A stretch of 32,000 bases of DNA from Thermodesulfobacteriota bacterium (GCA_026625185.1 CP113000.1:465622-497621); one strand, 5' to 3'; counted from the stretch's first letter, positions 6,918 to 19,350 are shown. Notes: generated by a model not told the origin, from the sequence alone. Numbers and translations: made by a program.

Positions 6918-8668
6918 CTTATTCTCCTTTCCCTCTTCTTTTTCAAGTGCTTTGTTCGCGGTGCTGAAGGTTTCCCTTTGCGAAGATGCGCCATTTTTAA
7001 ACGGTCTTCTGCCAGGGCAGCTTGTCTTTTTTGCTCTTCTTCCGCTATCAAATGCAGCTCTTCAGATTCCGCATCGAACTCGGCACGGAGCGCTGCGATC
7101 TTTTCTTCCACTGCCTTTCGCTTGCGCTCCTGCGCGCGAAGCCTGTGCTCCACCTCATGCCGGGCTGCCAGCTCGGAGGCCTTTTCCTTGGCTTCCTGGG
7201 CTACCCGGGCACTGCCGGTTAATACCTCACCGGAACCGGTATAGATATCGATAAGGCCAATGCCCTGGTTCGTGAGCAGAAACTCTTGAATCTGGTTGGA
7301 GTGGGCCATGCCACGGGACTTCAAAATGTAGAGGCCCCGGTTGCGTTCCCCATTGAGTTCAATATCCCGGAGAAGAAGCCATGTATCGATCAGCGAAGAT
7401 ATCTCTTCGCTGGTGTGTTCAAGGCTGCCTCCAAAATGGGTTAGTTCCGTCAAAAAAGTGGTGATCTTTTTCATTTTCAAATGGTCGATCAGGCGCGTTA
7501 AGATGGATTTGACCTCTGATATCTTTCCCGCTACGCTCAGGTTGCTGATCGGGTCTACAACGAAAACCTGGGGACCGAACACATCGATCACCTTGTGGAA
7601 AGTGACCAGATGCATCTCCAGGCCGTAAAGCGAAGGCCGGGCTGAATGAAACTTGAGCAGCCCCTTCTTAACCCAGCGGCTGAGATCCAGGCCGATGGAT
7701 TCCATGTTGCGGATGATCTGACTGGGCGATTCCTCAAAGGCAAAATAGAGGCAGCGCTCGCCGCGCCTGCAGGCGGCGTCGGCAAAGGTAGCAGACATAC
7801 TTGTTTTGCCGTTGCCCGCCGTGCCGGAGACGAGAATGGTGCTGCCCCGGTAGAACCCTTTCCCATCCAGCATGGCATCCAACTTGGGAATGCCCGTGGA
7901 GACGCGCTCCAAGGAAACGGGGTAGTCGAGCCCCAGGGAAGTGATGGGCAGGATCGAGAGACCGCTCTCGTCAATCAGGAAGGGATACTCGTCGGCGCCG
8001 TGCGATGAACCGCGGTACTTGACAATCCGCAGGCGGCGGGTGGAAATCTGCTCTTCGATGCGGAAATCGAGGAAGATCACGCAATCCGCCACGTATTCTT
8101 CGAGCCCGTAGCGGGTCAGGAGCTTGTCGCCGCTTTCTCCGGTAACGATGGCCGTCACCCCGCGGTCTTTCAACCAGTGAAAAAGCCGGCGCAGCTCTGC
8201 CCGAATGATGGCGGCATTGGACAGCCCGGAGAAAAGCGCTTCGATGGTATCCAAGACGACCCGTTTCGCCTTGATGGAATCAATGGCACTCCCCAGGCGG
8301 ATGAACAATCCTTCCAAGTCGTACTCACCCGTTTCCTCAACTTCGCTTCGCTCGAGGTAGACGTGGTCCGTGGCGATGAGACCGCGCGAAATCATGCCAT
8401 GGAGATCGAAACCAAGGGAAATGAAGTTCTTCGCGAGATCATCCGGCGTCTCCTCGAAAGTCATAAAGACCCCGGGTTCCCCGTAATTCATAGCGCCCCG
8501 CATGAGAAACTCCATGGCGAAAAGAGTTTTGCCGCAACCCGCGCTGCCGCAGATCAGGGTCGGCCTGCCTTTCGGAAGCCCTCCCTTCGTGATCTCATCG
8601 AGACCCTTGATGCCCGTCTGGCTTTTTTCAAGAACAGCACCATCATGTTTTGCCTTTACCATAGTCAC
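6914..8668 (-). CDS. kaiC: KaiC (double RecA-like domain ATPase/autokinase) with a ~98-aa C-terminal coiled-coil plus basic extension
   Basis: 584 aa. CI Walker A GSAGCGKT with TFEETP; CII Walker A GTAGNGKT with AFEESP. Phosphosite region [13 protein letters not shown] aligns with the S. elongatus HISTITDTIILL. RBS GGGAGG precedes the ATG. Confidence 0.93.
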   Translation of the reverse strand: MTMVKAKHDGAVLEKSQTGIKGLDEITKGGLPKGRPTLICGSAGCGKTLFAMEFLMRGAMNYGEPGVFMTFEETPDDLAKNFISLGFDLHGMISRGLIATDHVYLERSEVEETGEYDLEGLFIRLGSAIDSIKAKRVVLDTIEALFSGLSNAAIIRAELRRLFHWLKDRGVTAIVTGESGDKLLTRYGLEEYVADCVIFLDFRIEEQISTRRLRIVKYRGSSHGADEYPFLIDESGLSILPITSLGLDYPVSLERVSTGIPKLDAMLDGKGFYRGSTILVSGTAGNGKTSMSATFADAACRRGERCLYFAFEESPSQIIRNMESIGLDLSRWVKKGLLKFHSARPSLYGLEMHLVTFHKVIDVFGPQVFVVDPISNLSVAGKISEVKSILTRLIDHLKMKKITTFLTELTHFGGSLEHTSEEISSLIDTWLLLRDIELNGERNRGLYILKSRGMAHSNQIQEFLLTNQGIGLIDIYTGSGEVLTGSARVAQEAKEKASELAARHEVEHRLRAQERKRKAVEEKIAALRAEFDAESEELHLIAEEEQKRQAALAEDRLKMAHLRKGKPSAPRTKHLKKKRERRIR

Positions 8669-8804
8669 CTCCCAACACCTTTACCCCGTTAGAAATTTTT
8701 CATTATTAACCAGGAGTTCCCTTCGGTACCCTACTTCTAACAGGGTTTATTAATCTGAAGTAATGCCTATAAGAGTAAAATACTATAGCTGCCGGTTAAC
8801 GGCA

Positions 8805-8832
8805 AATATAGCATAACTAACTGATATTGCAA
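8805..8832 (-). promoter_or_regulatory. Candidate sigma70-type promoter for the kai operon
   Basis: Minus strand reads TTGCAA-N16-TATATT, ~137 nt upstream of the kaiC ATG. A small stem-loop (TGCCG gttaa CGGCA) follows immediately downstream. Confidence 0.3.
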
Positions 8833-9032
8833 GGGTTAAATATATTTTTTATGCCTTAAGTCAATGGCATTCATTGCCTATTAATATATCAAAAATTCAT
8901 TACCTTGCCAAAGAAAAAATTCTGGAATATCAAACTTTTGGTTGCCTACGTCAAAGATAAATTTTTCTTTAGTCTCTTCAGGCGTCACCTGAAAGGTTTC
9001 ATAGAAGGAACGATTCGCTGAGAGGACATTCT

Positions 9033-9220
9033 GTGTATATCTCCAGGCCCAACTGAACAAATTTTTCTATTTGGGTTTGCGAACCCCTGGTGGTCCGGAC
9101 CTTTGGTTTTCATGTTAAGATTGTATTGCTTCCTGCGTTCCAAGGTCAAACTTTTTTCTTTTCTGCTTTTTAAGATAGACTTTTTTCTCTTCTGATGCAC
9201 CTCATTGGGAGAATATTATC
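9033..9220 (-). repeat. ~190-bp non-coding repeat element, copy A (inverted relative to copy B at 25246..25436)
   Basis: The reverse complement aligns with 25246..25436. I counted 111/147 identical positions over the central block, plus one 3-nt indel. Confidence 0.75.
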
Positions 9221-9337
9221 CGAGATCCATTTCTTAGCGAGGTGAGGAGCGGCTTTTCCATCCAATTAAAAAGGCCTCGAATCCACCTAAAAACAAAACC
9301 CATTTACCCTCTCAGGGTGTAGATGGGTTACAATAGT

Positions 9338-9361
9338 TGTAGGTACTTTTGTAGGCACTTT
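9338..9361 (+). repeat. 12-bp tandem direct repeat x2 (TGTAGGTACTTT / TGTAGGCACTTT)
   Basis: Read directly; one mismatch. It lies ~70 bp from the tRNA-Val fragment. Confidence 0.7.
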
Positions 9362-9430
9362 GACGGAAAAAGACGGCTTTTAAAGGATATTGGTGGTTGA
9401 AAATAAAGGAGAAATCCGTTTTCCCACGAC

Positions 9431-9472
9431 CTTACAAGCCGGAGGTCGTAGGTTCGAAACCTGCTCCGCCTA
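9431..9472 (+). pseudogene. Displaced 3' half of a tRNA-Val(UAC): anticodon loop to discriminator, with no 5' half
   Basis: CTTACAA GCCGG AGGTC GTAGG TTCGAAA CCTGC TCCGCCT A matches the anticodon loop, 3' anticodon stem, variable loop, T-arm and 3' acceptor strand. No AGGCGGA acceptor partner or D-arm occurs upstream. Confidence 0.65.
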
Positions 9473-9897
9473 CTCAATAAAATCAAGGCGTTAGATAAAT
9501 AATCGTAGGTCTTTTCTTTTTCTTAACAAAGGTCTTCCCCACACTATTCCCCACAGATTTGATGAACCGCTTCAAGCTTGAAAAAAGTTGCTGCAGCTAA
9601 ACTCCGGAACTTACCGGTTACAGAAAGGCCACGGAGCACGGGAATGATTTCTTGGAGGCAGTTGAAGGGCACGAGAATACACGATAAACGTCCCCGAGGA
9701 AAGGCTTTCGTGACTTTTCCCACCGTAAGAGTTAAATGCACCTTATCACCGAATAACCCCAAGACGCACTAAACTCGTTCGGCCTTTTCCCAGCCGGAGT
9801 ATTCAACTACTTGCCCAGCTAGAGACGTTGTTAATTCAATTAACTTATGAAACAACACATTCCGGCCGATGCTATTTTCGATAAGTAGGCGTGAGGC

Positions 9898-12800
9898 CTA
9901 ATGCCGGTAGACGGCAAGTTCTACGGCATGTTCAACATGATCGTCCTTCAGGTTAATCCAGGGGTCTTCTTGCATTACCCCGTCAACCGAAACGTTAGTG
10001 GCACACGCCCCTGCCGGCCCCGGCAGAACCTTTACGTTTATGTGGTAAATGGTTTCCCGGTATCGGTAGTGCACCGTAAAGCTCTCCCACTCAGCAGGAA
10101 GACACGGCTCGACATGCAACTTGTCCTTTTCAAGTTTAAGCCCCAGGACTGATTCCACGATAAGCCGGTACATCCATCCGGCCGATCCCGTATACCAGGT
10201 CCATCCACCCCGACCGGTGTGGGGGGAGACTGCATAGACATCGGCAGCAACGACATAGGGCTCTACTTTATACGTACCAATCCCCTCGGCCGATTTGCCA
10301 TGATTCACCGGGTTAATCAGGGCAAGGATTTCCCAGGCGCGTTGGCTGTCACCGAGCGCGGCAAAGGCCATGGCAACCCAGATGGCGCTATGAGTGTACT
10401 GCCCGCCATTTTCCCGGACCCCGGGGACATACCCTTTGATATAGCCGGGATTCAAATCCGATTTGTCAAACGGCGGGTCCAGAAGCTGAACCAGCGCGTC
10501 ATCCCGGCGAACGAGGCGCTTATCTACGGATTCCATTGCCCGTCGCGAGCGCGTGGGGCTACCGGCTCCAGATAGGACCGACCAGCTTTGGGCAATGGAA
10601 TCAATCCGGCATTCGGGATTGCGTGATGAACCGAGCGGCGTGCCGTCGTCGAAGAAAGCACGGAGGTACCACTCACCATCCCAGCCATTCTGTTCGATAG
10701 TCTGGCTCAGATTACCTGCTTCTCTCTCACAACGTTCGGCAAAGGGAAGATCACCGTGCAGGCGTGCTACTTCAATGAAACTCAGCAGTACTTTATAAAG
10801 GAAAAACGCGACCCAGACACTTTCACCTTTGCCGTCTTTGCCAACCATGTTCATACCGTCGTTCCAGTCACCGGATCCCATAAGGGGAAGGCCATGCTCG
10901 CCAAATCTGAGGCCACACAGGATAGCTCTTACACAGTGATCGTAGAGACTAGCCTCTTCGTCGGACCTGCCGGGCAGATCGTAATAGGAGTCCTCATCAA
11001 TATTGACCGGGCGTCCCTTAATGAAACTGACAGTTTCCTCCAATACCCCGGTATCCCCCGTGGTCATAACATAGCGACAGGCCGCCAGGGGCAGCCAGAG
11101 AAAATCATCCGAACAGTGCGTGCGCACTCCCCGGCCTGAGGGCGGATGCCACCAATGCTGAACATCTCCTTCCGGGAACTGACGGGATGCCGAAAGGAGG
11201 AGATGCTCGCGCACGAGCCGTGGCTCGGCGTGAATGAGCGCCATCACGTCTTGAAGCTGGTCACGAAAGCCGAAGGCCCCTCCGGACTGGTAGTAGCCGC
11301 TCCGTCCCCAAAAACGGCAGGCCAGGGTCTGATATAAGAGCCACCCGTTGGCCAGGACGTTGATGGACGGGTCCGGGGTCTCAACCTGCACCGCGCCGAG
11401 GGTGCGGTTCCAATACTGCCATACCGCTTCAAGCGCCCCCCGCGCGGCAGCGGACCCACGAAAGCGGTGTGCCAGGGTGCCGGCATCGTCAGCGTCTTGT
11501 CCGGCGCCGAGAGTGAAGACAATTTCACGTTCTTCCCCGTCCGCCAGTTCAAAGGCCACTCGAAGAGCTCCACAGGGATCCAGGGCGGCCCCTACCCTGC
11601 CGGAAAGCCGAGACTCCGCCATCGCAGCGGGATTCGCGACCGTTCCGTTACGCCCCAGGAATTCCGTCCGGTCGCCGCTAACGGTCCGGGTTCCATCGTC
11701 CACATTAAAAAATGCCGTTCGGGTGCCGAATTCAATGTTGTAAGGATTACGGGCAAAGAGGGCGCCGCTGAAATGGTTGATCTCGGTCATGATGTGCATG
11801 ACTGATTTTGATTTCAGATCGCCCAGCACCCATTCCGCGTATGCGGTGACCGAAAGTCGCCGCGACCGGCCCGACTGGTTACGCACCTTGAGCACCGTAA
11901 ACTTGACCGGTGCGTCCACGGCAACATAAACCCAGACCTCGGTGCTGATGCCACGCTCGGTATGCTCGAAGACACTGTAGCCGAATCCGTGCCGGGTGAG
12001 GTACGGCGTGGTGCCGCGGCAGGGCAAAGGCATGGGGGACCAGAAATGCCCTCGCTCGTCATCACGAAGGTAAAAGGCTTCTCCGCTCGAATCGCTGACT
12101 GGATCATTGTACCAGGGGGTGAGGCGGAACTCGTGGGCATTCTCGCCCCACGTATAGGCCGGCCCGTTCTCTGAAACCACGGTTCCGAAAACCGGGTTCG
12201 CCAGCACATTCACCCACGGGGCCGGTGTCACCTGCCCGCGGGCAGTTGAAATGACGTACTCCCGGCCATCAGGAGTGAACCCTCCCAAGCCGTTGAAAAA
12301 CATCAGGTCCTGCCGTGGCCGGGCCGCAACTGCCAAAGCGTCGCCTCGTTCGGTTCGAGTTGGCACAAGACCCGGTATAGTTTTTTCTGCAACGCTTCGC
12401 CGGTTGAACTGGTCCGTGAGCGTTCCCCTCTGGTCAGTGATAATGACACGAGCAACTGCCTGAAAGAGAATCCGGTCTTCTTTTGATATCTGGTCGGAAG
12501 GTCGTACGAAAATGCCACCCGGTCGATCGGTCACATTGGCTTCCGTGCCCGCAGCGATGAGCCCCATGATCTGTTCATGAAGGAGTTGCCGGTAGCCGGC
12601 GTGATCTTCGTTCCAGATCACCAGGTCAACTGCCAGTCCTTTGAGACGCCAATAGGCATGGGCCTGAACGAGTTGGCGCACCAGATTGATGTTCGACGGA
12701 TCTTCAATCTGCAACAGCACCAAGGGGAGATCACCGGAAATAGAATAACCCCAGAGGCCGGATTGCCCGCGACGGTTCTTCATCAGGGCTTCCGGATCGG

Positions 12801-15800
12801 AACGCAGGGAAGAATTGGCGTATAGAACCGAGGCGGCAAGACGTCCAAAAAGTTGCGCATCGGCTTCGGTGGCATTGATCTGCCGGAGGAGCACCTGGCT
12901 ATGAGTCCATGCCAGATCAAAAACACGATCGGCGAGATGCCGGTCCTGGTATTTCCCTATCAGACTTAAGACAGCATCATGGGTTTCACCGATACCGGTG
13001 ACGATATTGATAGTAACCGATTTTTCTGGATCAAGGGTTATGCGCTGCCTAATCGCCACAATCGGATCAAGCACCGAGCCTTCGCTACCCGAAAGACCGG
13101 ATGAACCGCTCATTGCGTCCGGATCAGCAAGGGTGTTTCCACGGCCGATAAACCGCATTCGGTCAGTCTCAAACGAAACTTCTCCACTATCCGCCCCGTG
13201 CACCGCCATGAGATGAAACATCCAGGGTGGCTGTTCATCGAGGGAGCGGGGACGTCGGGTGCAGAGAATTGCGCTCTGCGGGCGGATGATCTCGGTCTGG
13301 ACAAAAAGATTGCTGAAGGCCGGATGAAGCGCGTCCTGTGCGAACGAGGTAAGAACGACTTCCGCGTAACTCGTTACCTCGATTGTTTTGTGATTCCGCG
13401 TTCGGTTCGTGATGGTAATCCGGCGCAACTCAATGTCATCCTCAGGCGAAACGGCAATCTCGGTATGGGTGTCAAGACCCTGATCCCGGCGACGAAACTC
13501 TGCTCGCCCTTCCGAGAATATTGCTTCGTACTGGCTGGTGGCCTTGAGGGTTGGTTGGTGCGTCGTTGACCAGAAAAGACCGCTTTTAAGATCACGGATA
13601 TAACAGAAGGCGCCCCACTTATCGCAGGTGCTGTCTTCGTGCCACCGGGTCACAGCCATTTCTTTCCAGTGGCTGTACCCACCGCCCGCGTTCGTGATCA
13701 TGACGTGATATCTGCCGTTCGATAGCAACTGCACTTCCGGCATGGGAGTGTCGGGGCTCGTGTAAACACGTATGGGCATCTCTTTCACTTCAGTCAAAGC
13801 GGTATTTACTTCTGAAAGTTCGGTCGTGTGCGAATAAAAGGCCGTGGCCTTTGGCACCCGCTCCTGAAGCAGGAGCATAATTGCCTGAAACGAAGGGTCC
13901 GACTCGAATCGCCTTTGCATGGGACGATTAAGAAGTAAAGAGGCCAGAGAAAGAAGGCTCATGCCCTGGTGATGAGCCATGAAGGACCGAACCACCGCGC
14001 TCGATTGCCCGCGGGGCAGGCGGGTCGAAGTGTAGTCAATGGCTTCATAAAAACCATACTTTCCCTCAAAGCCCTGGGCGGCGATCACCTCAAGATTTTC
14101 ACAGGCTTCTTCCGGGTCTACCATGAGCGCCAGCGCTGAAGCGTACGGGGCAATGACCAGATCCGCGGAAAGTCCGCGTTTGAGGCCCAAGCCGGGCACG
14201 CCAAAGGCGCTATATTGGTAATTGAGATGGACGTCGATCAGGTTATACCCGGATTCCGAAACACCCCAGGGTACCCCCCGGTTTTTGCCATACTCGATCT
14301 GTCGTGCCACCGCCGCTTTATAAGTCTCGTCGAGCAGGGTGTTTTCATAGGTCGGCATGACAAGGAGCGGCATGAGATATTCGAACATGGAACCGCTCCA
14401 GGAAAGAAGAATCGGCTCCCCGGCGGCGGTAGTAAGCAGCCGACCCAAGGCAAACCAGCTCTCCTGCGGCAATTGTCCCTGGGCAATGGCGACAAACGTG
14501 GCGAGTCGCGCTTCCGAAGCCAGTAAATCATAGTAACTCGCGTCCCGCCGGTTTTCGCTGACGTTGTAGCCGATCGCCAACAGATGGCGAGCCTCGTCGT
14601 AGAGGAAGTCGTACTCCATCCGGGCAAGTTCATCGGATTGACGCGCCAGATCTTCGAGGACCTCTATTCTCGCCTTTGCCCGGTTGCAGGCCGCACTGAT
14701 AAATCCTTTAAGTTCATCAATCCGCTTACCGCCGTTTCGATTTATGAGTGCAGGCAGTAACTCCTTTTCAAGCTGGGCCAAGGTATGAAGCGTCGGAATC
14801 TGGTTGAGGGCGGGGAAGTCCTTCAGTTCCGCAGGCGTGAGGGAGAGCATCGTCCAGGGGCAAAGAAATTCCAGGTCCTCGAGGGCGGCCCGGCATTGCG
14901 CGGCAAAGGACCTCGACCACCAAGCAACCTGAGAATCAGAGTTGGAGCCCGAGTCATGAACTATTTCCTCAGTTAACGTCGCTAGCTTACCAAGGCTTTC
15001 CTTTACCGCAGCGAGCATATCAGGCGGTGAAACACACAGAGAAAACTCTTCCCGCGCTTGCGTGAGCCAGGGAAAAGCGTTTTCCCCGGCAGTGTCTCCG
15101 AGAATCCTCAGGGTGTCGCACAAGCCCTCAAAAACCTTGGGTCCCAAAATCTTCTCATCAGGGAGTTTGAGCAGCCCTGCCCGCAATGTTAACAGGTGGG
15201 CCGCAAGATTCCCGCTATCAACTGCCGAAATATAGATTGGCAAGAGTGGTTTCAAAGATTGGGTGTCGTACCAGTTATAGAAGTGTCCTTTATAGCGTTC
15301 CATGGCTTCCATGGAACGGAAGGCACGAGCGGTGCGATCAATGAGCTGCGCTTCGGAAATATACCCGAAGTCCCAGGCGGATAAATTGGCAAGGAGTGCA
15401 ATCCCCATGTTGGTCGGCGACGTGCGATGAGCAACTGTGGCCATGGGATGTCCCTGATAGTTATCGGGTGGAAGCCAATTATCCTCCGGACCGACGAAGG
15501 TCTCAAAGAAAGCCCAGGTCTTCCGCGAAATCTTTCTCAAAAAAATGAGCTGGTCGGAGGTAAGCTTTTTTCCCCGGCGCGTGAGGGGTTTGCTGATCCA
15601 CCAGGCTACCACGGGTGAGACAAACCAGAGGAACAGAACCGGCAGGGCGATTGCCAAATCCCCCGGCCGTAAAACCGCAAGATAGATCGCCGCGGAAAGA
15701 GCAATGACCGGGGAGATCCACATGGTTCGCCAGGAACCGGCCTGACCTTTCCGACGAGTGCGGTCGGAATCGCCCGAGGGGTTCCATTCGAGAAGCCGCT

Positions 15801-18636
15801 TGTTCGCAACCACCATTCGCCAGATGGTGCGCACAACAGCATCACTACTGAAAAATGCCTCGTAGGGCAGACACAGAAGCGTAAAAGCAACCTGACCAAG
15901 GCTCCGGCCGCTCGCGCGGAGTGCGCCGAAAATGTGCTGACCAAGAAGGACATCCCCCGGCTTCTGAAGGAGTTCCATGAAGGAGGTAAGCAAAGAAGGA
16001 ATCAGGATGATCCCCATCACCGATAAGGTCCAGAACCAGGGCGAGGGCAAAACCGTCCATCCGAGGAGGAGCAGGAGGGTCAATGCTAAAGGCGAAAGGC
16101 TGCGCCTAAGGTTGTCGAAAATCTTCCAGCGGGAGAGCAGGGGGAGAGGATTCTTCTGAAAATGCGCATCAGGGGCGGGTACACCCGGGAGCAGCCATCT
16201 GAAAAGCTGCCAATCACCGCGAATCCAGCGGTGTCGGCGATTCACGTCGGCGCTATAGTGAGAGGGGTATTCCTCGTATAACTGGACATCACTCAAAAGC
16301 CCTGCCCGTGCATAGCAGCCTTCGATAAGATCATGGCTCAAGATCCGATTCTCCGGGAAACGTCCCTTGAGGGCACGCTCGAATGCATCAACCTCATAGA
16401 TGCCCTTACCGATAAAGGAGCCTTCTTCGAAAAGGTCCTGATAAACATCAGAGACTACTCGGGTATAGGGATCGATACCGGCATCGCTTCCCCACATGCG
16501 GGCATACCGTGACCGGTTGGTGCCGGGCAGACTCACGGCCACCCTTGGCTGAAGAATACCGTATCCGGCAGAGATCCGTTGCTGGTTTTCATCGTAATGG
16601 GGACGATTCAGCGGGTGCGCCATTGCCCCCACTAGTTGCCGTGCCGCATCGCGCGGGAGTTGGGTATCCGTGTCAAGGGTAATGATATATTTCACCTTAC
16701 CTAATAATTCCGAATTTCCGACGATGAGCGAAAAGCAATCCCGTGAGCCGCCACGAAGAAAGGAATTCAGATCCCCAAGCTTTCCCCGTTTACGTTCGTA
16801 CCCCATCCAAATATTGTCCTGGGAATTAAAGCGGCGTGGACGGTGAAAAAGGAAGAAGGTGTCGTCTGGTGAAGTTCGGTACTTCTCGTTCAACGCTTCT
16901 ATTCTCTGACGGGCCAGCGCTAGCAGGGGCTCATCCTCGGGCAGATTTTCCTCGTTGGCGTCCCGAAAATCAGTGAGCAGCCCAAAAAGCAGGTTTTCGT
17001 CCCGGTTTGCCAGGAACCTGACTTCCAGCGCATCCATCAGATGCTCGACATTTTCAGCGCCGGTGATCATTGTGGGGACCACCACCAAAGTTGAAGATTC
17101 CGAGGGAATTCCTTTCGAGAAGTCCATTCTCGGGAGCGGACGGGGCGCCACCAGGAGCGTCGTCAGCCAGTTCGCCAGTGCCAGGGCTAATTGGCTTACA
17201 CCGAGAAGCGAGAGTATCCCCAAAACCCACAGCAAAACGCCGTGCACCCCATGGGAATACGCTTTCCCAAGCAAACATCCGGTAAATATCGCCGTGATCA
17301 GACCCATCGTGCCAATATAGAAGAGTAAAGGAAATCGGTGGATTATATTTTTGATCGCCTCAGTGGAAGATAAGCGCATTCCGGCGAGCCCTTCGAGCTC
17401 AGCCAACCCTTTGTCGATAAGGTAGAAGCCGACATGGTTCGCCCGACCGTCGTTGTCACACTTTCCCCCACCAACACTGGCAAGGCGTATTGCTTCTCGC
17501 GCCACCTCTTTTTCGGATAATCGGCTGCTTTTCGCAATCTTCTCCACCACGTGACGGTACTGATCACGGGTCGTAAAATCCATCTTTTTATAGACCCCGG
17601 CCGGGTCCTCACCGAGTGTATCTTCCACAACGCTCATGTTTTCGACGAACGTGCGCCAGTCCATAGCGCCCAGAAAACGGAGGCTGCCGATACTGTTGCT
17701 GATGGAAAGCTGATCTGCCGCCTGTTGCTGGTTCTCCGACTGGATTAAGTGCTCAATCGTCAGGCTTGACTCTGCAAGTTGCTGCTCAATCCAGGTAAGC
17801 GGCAATGCGAGAGCGGGACCCTGACCCTGCAGGCGGCGTGTCAGTTCCGCGACAAAAGCGCTCACCAGGGGAGGCTTTGAACGCGCCATGTCGGCAATGA
17901 CCAGGATTAAATCCTTTGGGTTCTTTTCGGCAGTCTCGGTAATTTTGTCCGCCCAATAATCGGCATTGTTCCGGTCGATCCGGTCGGCAGCAATCCGTGT
18001 TGAAACGCGCCGGAGATTTTCAATGAGCGCCAGGCGCAGCATGATCGGGATTGCCCATAATTCGCCCAGCTTCAGCACGGTAACCGTCTGATAGGCCGCG
18101 ACAAAGCTCGTGAGACTCTCTGGATCCACCCTCCCGTCGCCGTGAGAAATCGTCTCCAGCGCAATATCGTAGACACGGGGAAGCCCGGATGACGGACCAT
18201 TTTTCAAACGGGGCAGTCCCTTGCTGTAACCCTTGGGCAAATGTCTCTTGGCTGTGCGAACCTGTTCTTCGATGAGATAAAAGTTGTCGAGGAGCCATTC
18301 CCCTGCCGGTGTAATCCTCCGGTTTCCTTTTACGGCCTCAGTAAGCAGGTCCCGAACTTCATGGAGGACGCCTTCATTCTCACCCAGGCGTGACAGCAGT
18401 TGTTCAGGGACAGAGGCTGTGCTCACGGTGTGGGTGCCTGCAAGGGTCTTGCCGTGCTCCTCCATCTGTGCGGCGCTAAATAAGTCCGATCGAAGCGGTT
18501 GTTCCTCATCAATGCGCCTTTGCGCTGGACGGTTACCATGGAGACGCGCCCACAAATGGGGCAGGTTCCCGATAATGTTCTTCCTGAGGGATGTCAAATG
18601 AAAAATCTCCTTGCTGAGGACTAAAGGTTTGAGCAA
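9898..18636 (-). CDS. ndvB: Cyclic beta-1,2-glucan synthase (NdvB/Cgs/ChvB type): membrane GT84 glycosyltransferase fused to a GH94 phosphorylase-like domain
   Basis: 2,912 aa single ORF. GT region [35 protein letters not shown], with multiple TM segments. C-terminal GH94-type GDWNDGMN and (alpha/alpha)6-like region. The TTG start at 18636 is uncertain; an alternative TTG at 18597 has AAGGAG 9 nt upstream. Confidence 0.9.
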   Translation of the reverse strand: MLKPLVLSKEIFHLTSLRKNIIGNLPHLWARLHGNRPAQRRIDEEQPLRSDLFSAAQMEEHGKTLAGTHTVSTASVPEQLLSRLGENEGVLHEVRDLLTEAVKGNRRITPAGEWLLDNFYLIEEQVRTAKRHLPKGYSKGLPRLKNGPSSGLPRVYDIALETISHGDGRVDPESLTSFVAAYQTVTVLKLGELWAIPIMLRLALIENLRRVSTRIAADRIDRNNADYWADKITETAEKNPKDLILVIADMARSKPPLVSAFVAELTRRLQGQGPALALPLTWIEQQLAESSLTIEHLIQSENQQQAADQLSISNSIGSLRFLGAMDWRTFVENMSVVEDTLGEDPAGVYKKMDFTTRDQYRHVVEKIAKSSRLSEKEVAREAIRLASVGGGKCDNDGRANHVGFYLIDKGLAELEGLAGMRLSSTEAIKNIIHRFPLLFYIGTMGLITAIFTGCLLGKAYSHGVHGVLLWVLGILSLLGVSQLALALANWLTTLLVAPRPLPRMDFSKGIPSESSTLVVVPTMITGAENVEHLMDALEVRFLANRDENLLFGLLTDFRDANEENLPEDEPLLALARQRIEALNEKYRTSPDDTFFLFHRPRRFNSQDNIWMGYERKRGKLGDLNSFLRGGSRDCFSLIVGNSELLGKVKYIITLDTDTQLPRDAARQLVGAMAHPLNRPHYDENQQRISAGYGILQPRVAVSLPGTNRSRYARMWGSDAGIDPYTRVVSDVYQDLFEEGSFIGKGIYEVDAFERALKGRFPENRILSHDLIEGCYARAGLLSDVQLYEEYPSHYSADVNRRHRWIRGDWQLFRWLLPGVPAPDAHFQKNPLPLLSRWKIFDNLRRSLSPLALTLLLLLGWTVLPSPWFWTLSVMGIILIPSLLTSFMELLQKPGDVLLGQHIFGALRASGRSLGQVAFTLLCLPYEAFFSSDAVVRTIWRMVVANKRLLEWNPSGDSDRTRRKGQAGSWRTMWISPVIALSAAIYLAVLRPGDLAIALPVLFLWFVSPVVAWWISKPLTRRGKKLTSDQLIFLRKISRKTWAFFETFVGPEDNWLPPDNYQGHPMATVAHRTSPTNMGIALLANLSAWDFGYISEAQLIDRTARAFRSMEAMERYKGHFYNWYDTQSLKPLLPIYISAVDSGNLAAHLLTLRAGLLKLPDEKILGPKVFEGLCDTLRILGDTAGENAFPWLTQAREEFSLCVSPPDMLAAVKESLGKLATLTEEIVHDSGSNSDSQVAWWSRSFAAQCRAALEDLEFLCPWTMLSLTPAELKDFPALNQIPTLHTLAQLEKELLPALINRNGGKRIDELKGFISAACNRAKARIEVLEDLARQSDELARMEYDFLYDEARHLLAIGYNVSENRRDASYYDLLASEARLATFVAIAQGQLPQESWFALGRLLTTAAGEPILLSWSGSMFEYLMPLLVMPTYENTLLDETYKAAVARQIEYGKNRGVPWGVSESGYNLIDVHLNYQYSAFGVPGLGLKRGLSADLVIAPYASALALMVDPEEACENLEVIAAQGFEGKYGFYEAIDYTSTRLPRGQSSAVVRSFMAHHQGMSLLSLASLLLNRPMQRRFESDPSFQAIMLLLQERVPKATAFYSHTTELSEVNTALTEVKEMPIRVYTSPDTPMPEVQLLSNGRYHVMITNAGGGYSHWKEMAVTRWHEDSTCDKWGAFCYIRDLKSGLFWSTTHQPTLKATSQYEAIFSEGRAEFRRRDQGLDTHTEIAVSPEDDIELRRITITNRTRNHKTIEVTSYAEVVLTSFAQDALHPAFSNLFVQTEIIRPQSAILCTRRPRSLDEQPPWMFHLMAVHGADSGEVSFETDRMRFIGRGNTLADPDAMSGSSGLSGSEGSVLDPIVAIRQRITLDPEKSVTINIVTGIGETHDAVLSLIGKYQDRHLADRVFDLAWTHSQVLLRQINATEADAQLFGRLAASVLYANSSLRSDPEALMKNRRGQSGLWGYSISGDLPLVLLQIEDPSNINLVRQLVQAHAYWRLKGLAVDLVIWNEDHAGYRQLLHEQIMGLIAAGTEANVTDRPGGIFVRPSDQISKEDRILFQAVARVIITDQRGTLTDQFNRRSVAEKTIPGLVPTRTERGDALAVAARPRQDLMFFNGLGGFTPDGREYVISTARGQVTPAPWVNVLANPVFGTVVSENGPAYTWGENAHEFRLTPWYNDPVSDSSGEAFYLRDDERGHFWSPMPLPCRGTTPYLTRHGFGYSVFEHTERGISTEVWVYVAVDAPVKFTVLKVRNQSGRSRRLSVTAYAEWVLGDLKSKSVMHIMTEINHFSGALFARNPYNIEFGTRTAFFNVDDGTRTVSGDRTEFLGRNGTVANPAAMAESRLSGRVGAALDPCGALRVAFELADGEEREIVFTLGAGQDADDAGTLAHRFRGSAAARGALEAVWQYWNRTLGAVQVETPDPSINVLANGWLLYQTLACRFWGRSGYYQSGGAFGFRDQLQDVMALIHAEPRLVREHLLLSASRQFPEGDVQHWWHPPSGRGVRTHCSDDFLWLPLAACRYVMTTGDTGVLEETVSFIKGRPVNIDEDSYYDLPGRSDEEASLYDHCVRAILCGLRFGEHGLPLMGSGDWNDGMNMVGKDGKGESVWVAFFLYKVLLSFIEVARLHGDLPFAERCEREAGNLSQTIEQNGWDGEWYLRAFFDDGTPLGSSRNPECRIDSIAQSWSVLSGAGSPTRSRRAMESVDKRLVRRDDALVQLLDPPFDKSDLNPGYIKGYVPGVRENGGQYTHSAIWVAMAFAALGDSQRAWEILALINPVNHGKSAEGIGTYKVEPYVVAADVYAVSPHTGRGGWTWYTGSAGWMYRLIVESVLGLKLEKDKLHVEPCLPAEWESFTVHYRYRETIYHINVKVLPGPAGACATNVSVDGVMQEDPWINLKDDHVEHAVELAVYRH

Positions 18637-19322
18637 CCGGATTGTAGCTTTGGTAGCATCGTGGACCCCACGTCTAAAGTTGTCACCAATAATATTTTTT
18701 AGGTAGGGGCAGGTTAGTTAATTAATTTAATTTATACCTTTATCGTTTTAAATACCAGCTTTATATTGCTTACGAATTGTCTCAAATAAGACATTACCCA
18801 CGGGGTAGTTTAGGAAGGATCGTTGACTCACAAAGAGGTATTACCAAACACCAATCACAGAAAGAGGATTGGAGATGGGTCCGCAATCAAAAAAGGATAT
18901 AATGAATCGAAATCCATTGCGGTTACCATTGAAAACACGCCATCAGAATAATTGAAAGATGCAAGCGGGTTACCAAACCAAAGGCAAAGAGGCAAGGAAT
19001 ATCTCCCGTTTACTAAAACAATGATATATAACAAACCCATCAAAATTCCGTCGCCTAAAGACATGGCCGATTATTTGTATAGTGTATCGCAGGGTGTGTC
19101 ACTCTGTTTTTTCGTTGTTGGTGCGGCAAGCTGCTTTGAATGCACAAACTTTTGAATGGTGTACACACACTCAAATTTTTAAGCCGCATTTTAAAAGGCC
19201 TTTACGTGGGTAGCAAATCCGATTTTTCTGCATCCCCCCTGGCCTAAAATCAGGTGTCCATAGTGGTGTCTAACAGCGGTATTTCTCTATATCACTCCAT
19301 AGCATTAAAACTCACTTAATAA

Positions 19323-19350
19323 GTTGAACCTATAGAGTTGAACCTATAGA
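19323..19350 (+). repeat. Perfect 14-bp tandem repeat x2 (GTTGAACCTATAGA)
   Basis: Read directly in the non-coding gap. Confidence 0.8.

Noticed and set aside
6472-7254. 260-aa plus-strand ORF (also 6411..6719, 6978..7244, 7022..7222)
   Set aside because: It is entirely antisense to the well-supported kaiB and kaiC genes. Its composition is Ser/Pro/Arg/Leu-rich and low in complexity, typical of the reverse frame of a real gene.
7341-8753. Several 83-171 aa ORFs on both strands inside kaiC (7341..7628, 7588..7974, 7646..8008, 8177..8692, 8502..8753)
   Set aside because: All overlap the KaiC reading frame, which has intact Walker and catalytic motifs. None has a recognisable motif or RBS.
8865-8878. 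TGGCATTCATTGCC, a sigma54-like sequence upstream of kaiC
   Set aside because: Only 8 nt separate GG and GC where 10 are needed, and it is on the plus strand, pointing away from kaiC.
8985-9200. 71-aa basic ORF (GTG start) overlapping repeat copy A
   Set aside because: The homologous frame in copy B carries an in-frame TAG and lacks a start codon. Substitutions between the copies show no third-position excess (11/11/14), and there is no SD sequence. I treat it as non-coding.
9380-9476. Possible complete tRNA gene
   Set aside because: Only the anticodon loop, T-arm and 3' acceptor strand can be found. No complementary 5' acceptor strand (AGGCGGA) or D-arm lies upstream, and the 5' anticodon-stem strand pairs at only 3 of 5 positions. 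Called a fragment instead.
9544-9772. Two mutually antisense ~65-72 aa ORFs in the gap downstream of ndvB
   Set aside because: No RBS, odd composition, and each overlaps the other. They are probably chance frames in non-coding DNA.
9901-18601. About 40 ORFs of 60-131 aa on both strands inside the ndvB gene
   Set aside because: They are nested in or antisense to a continuous 2,912-codon frame with GT84 and GH94 motifs. Arg/Pro/Gly-rich compositions are typical of off-frames in GC-rich genes.
18855-19155. ORFs 18855..19064 (-) and 18952..19155 (+)
   Set aside because: They overlap each other on opposite strands in an AT-rich gap. Neither has an SD sequence or a recognisable domain.
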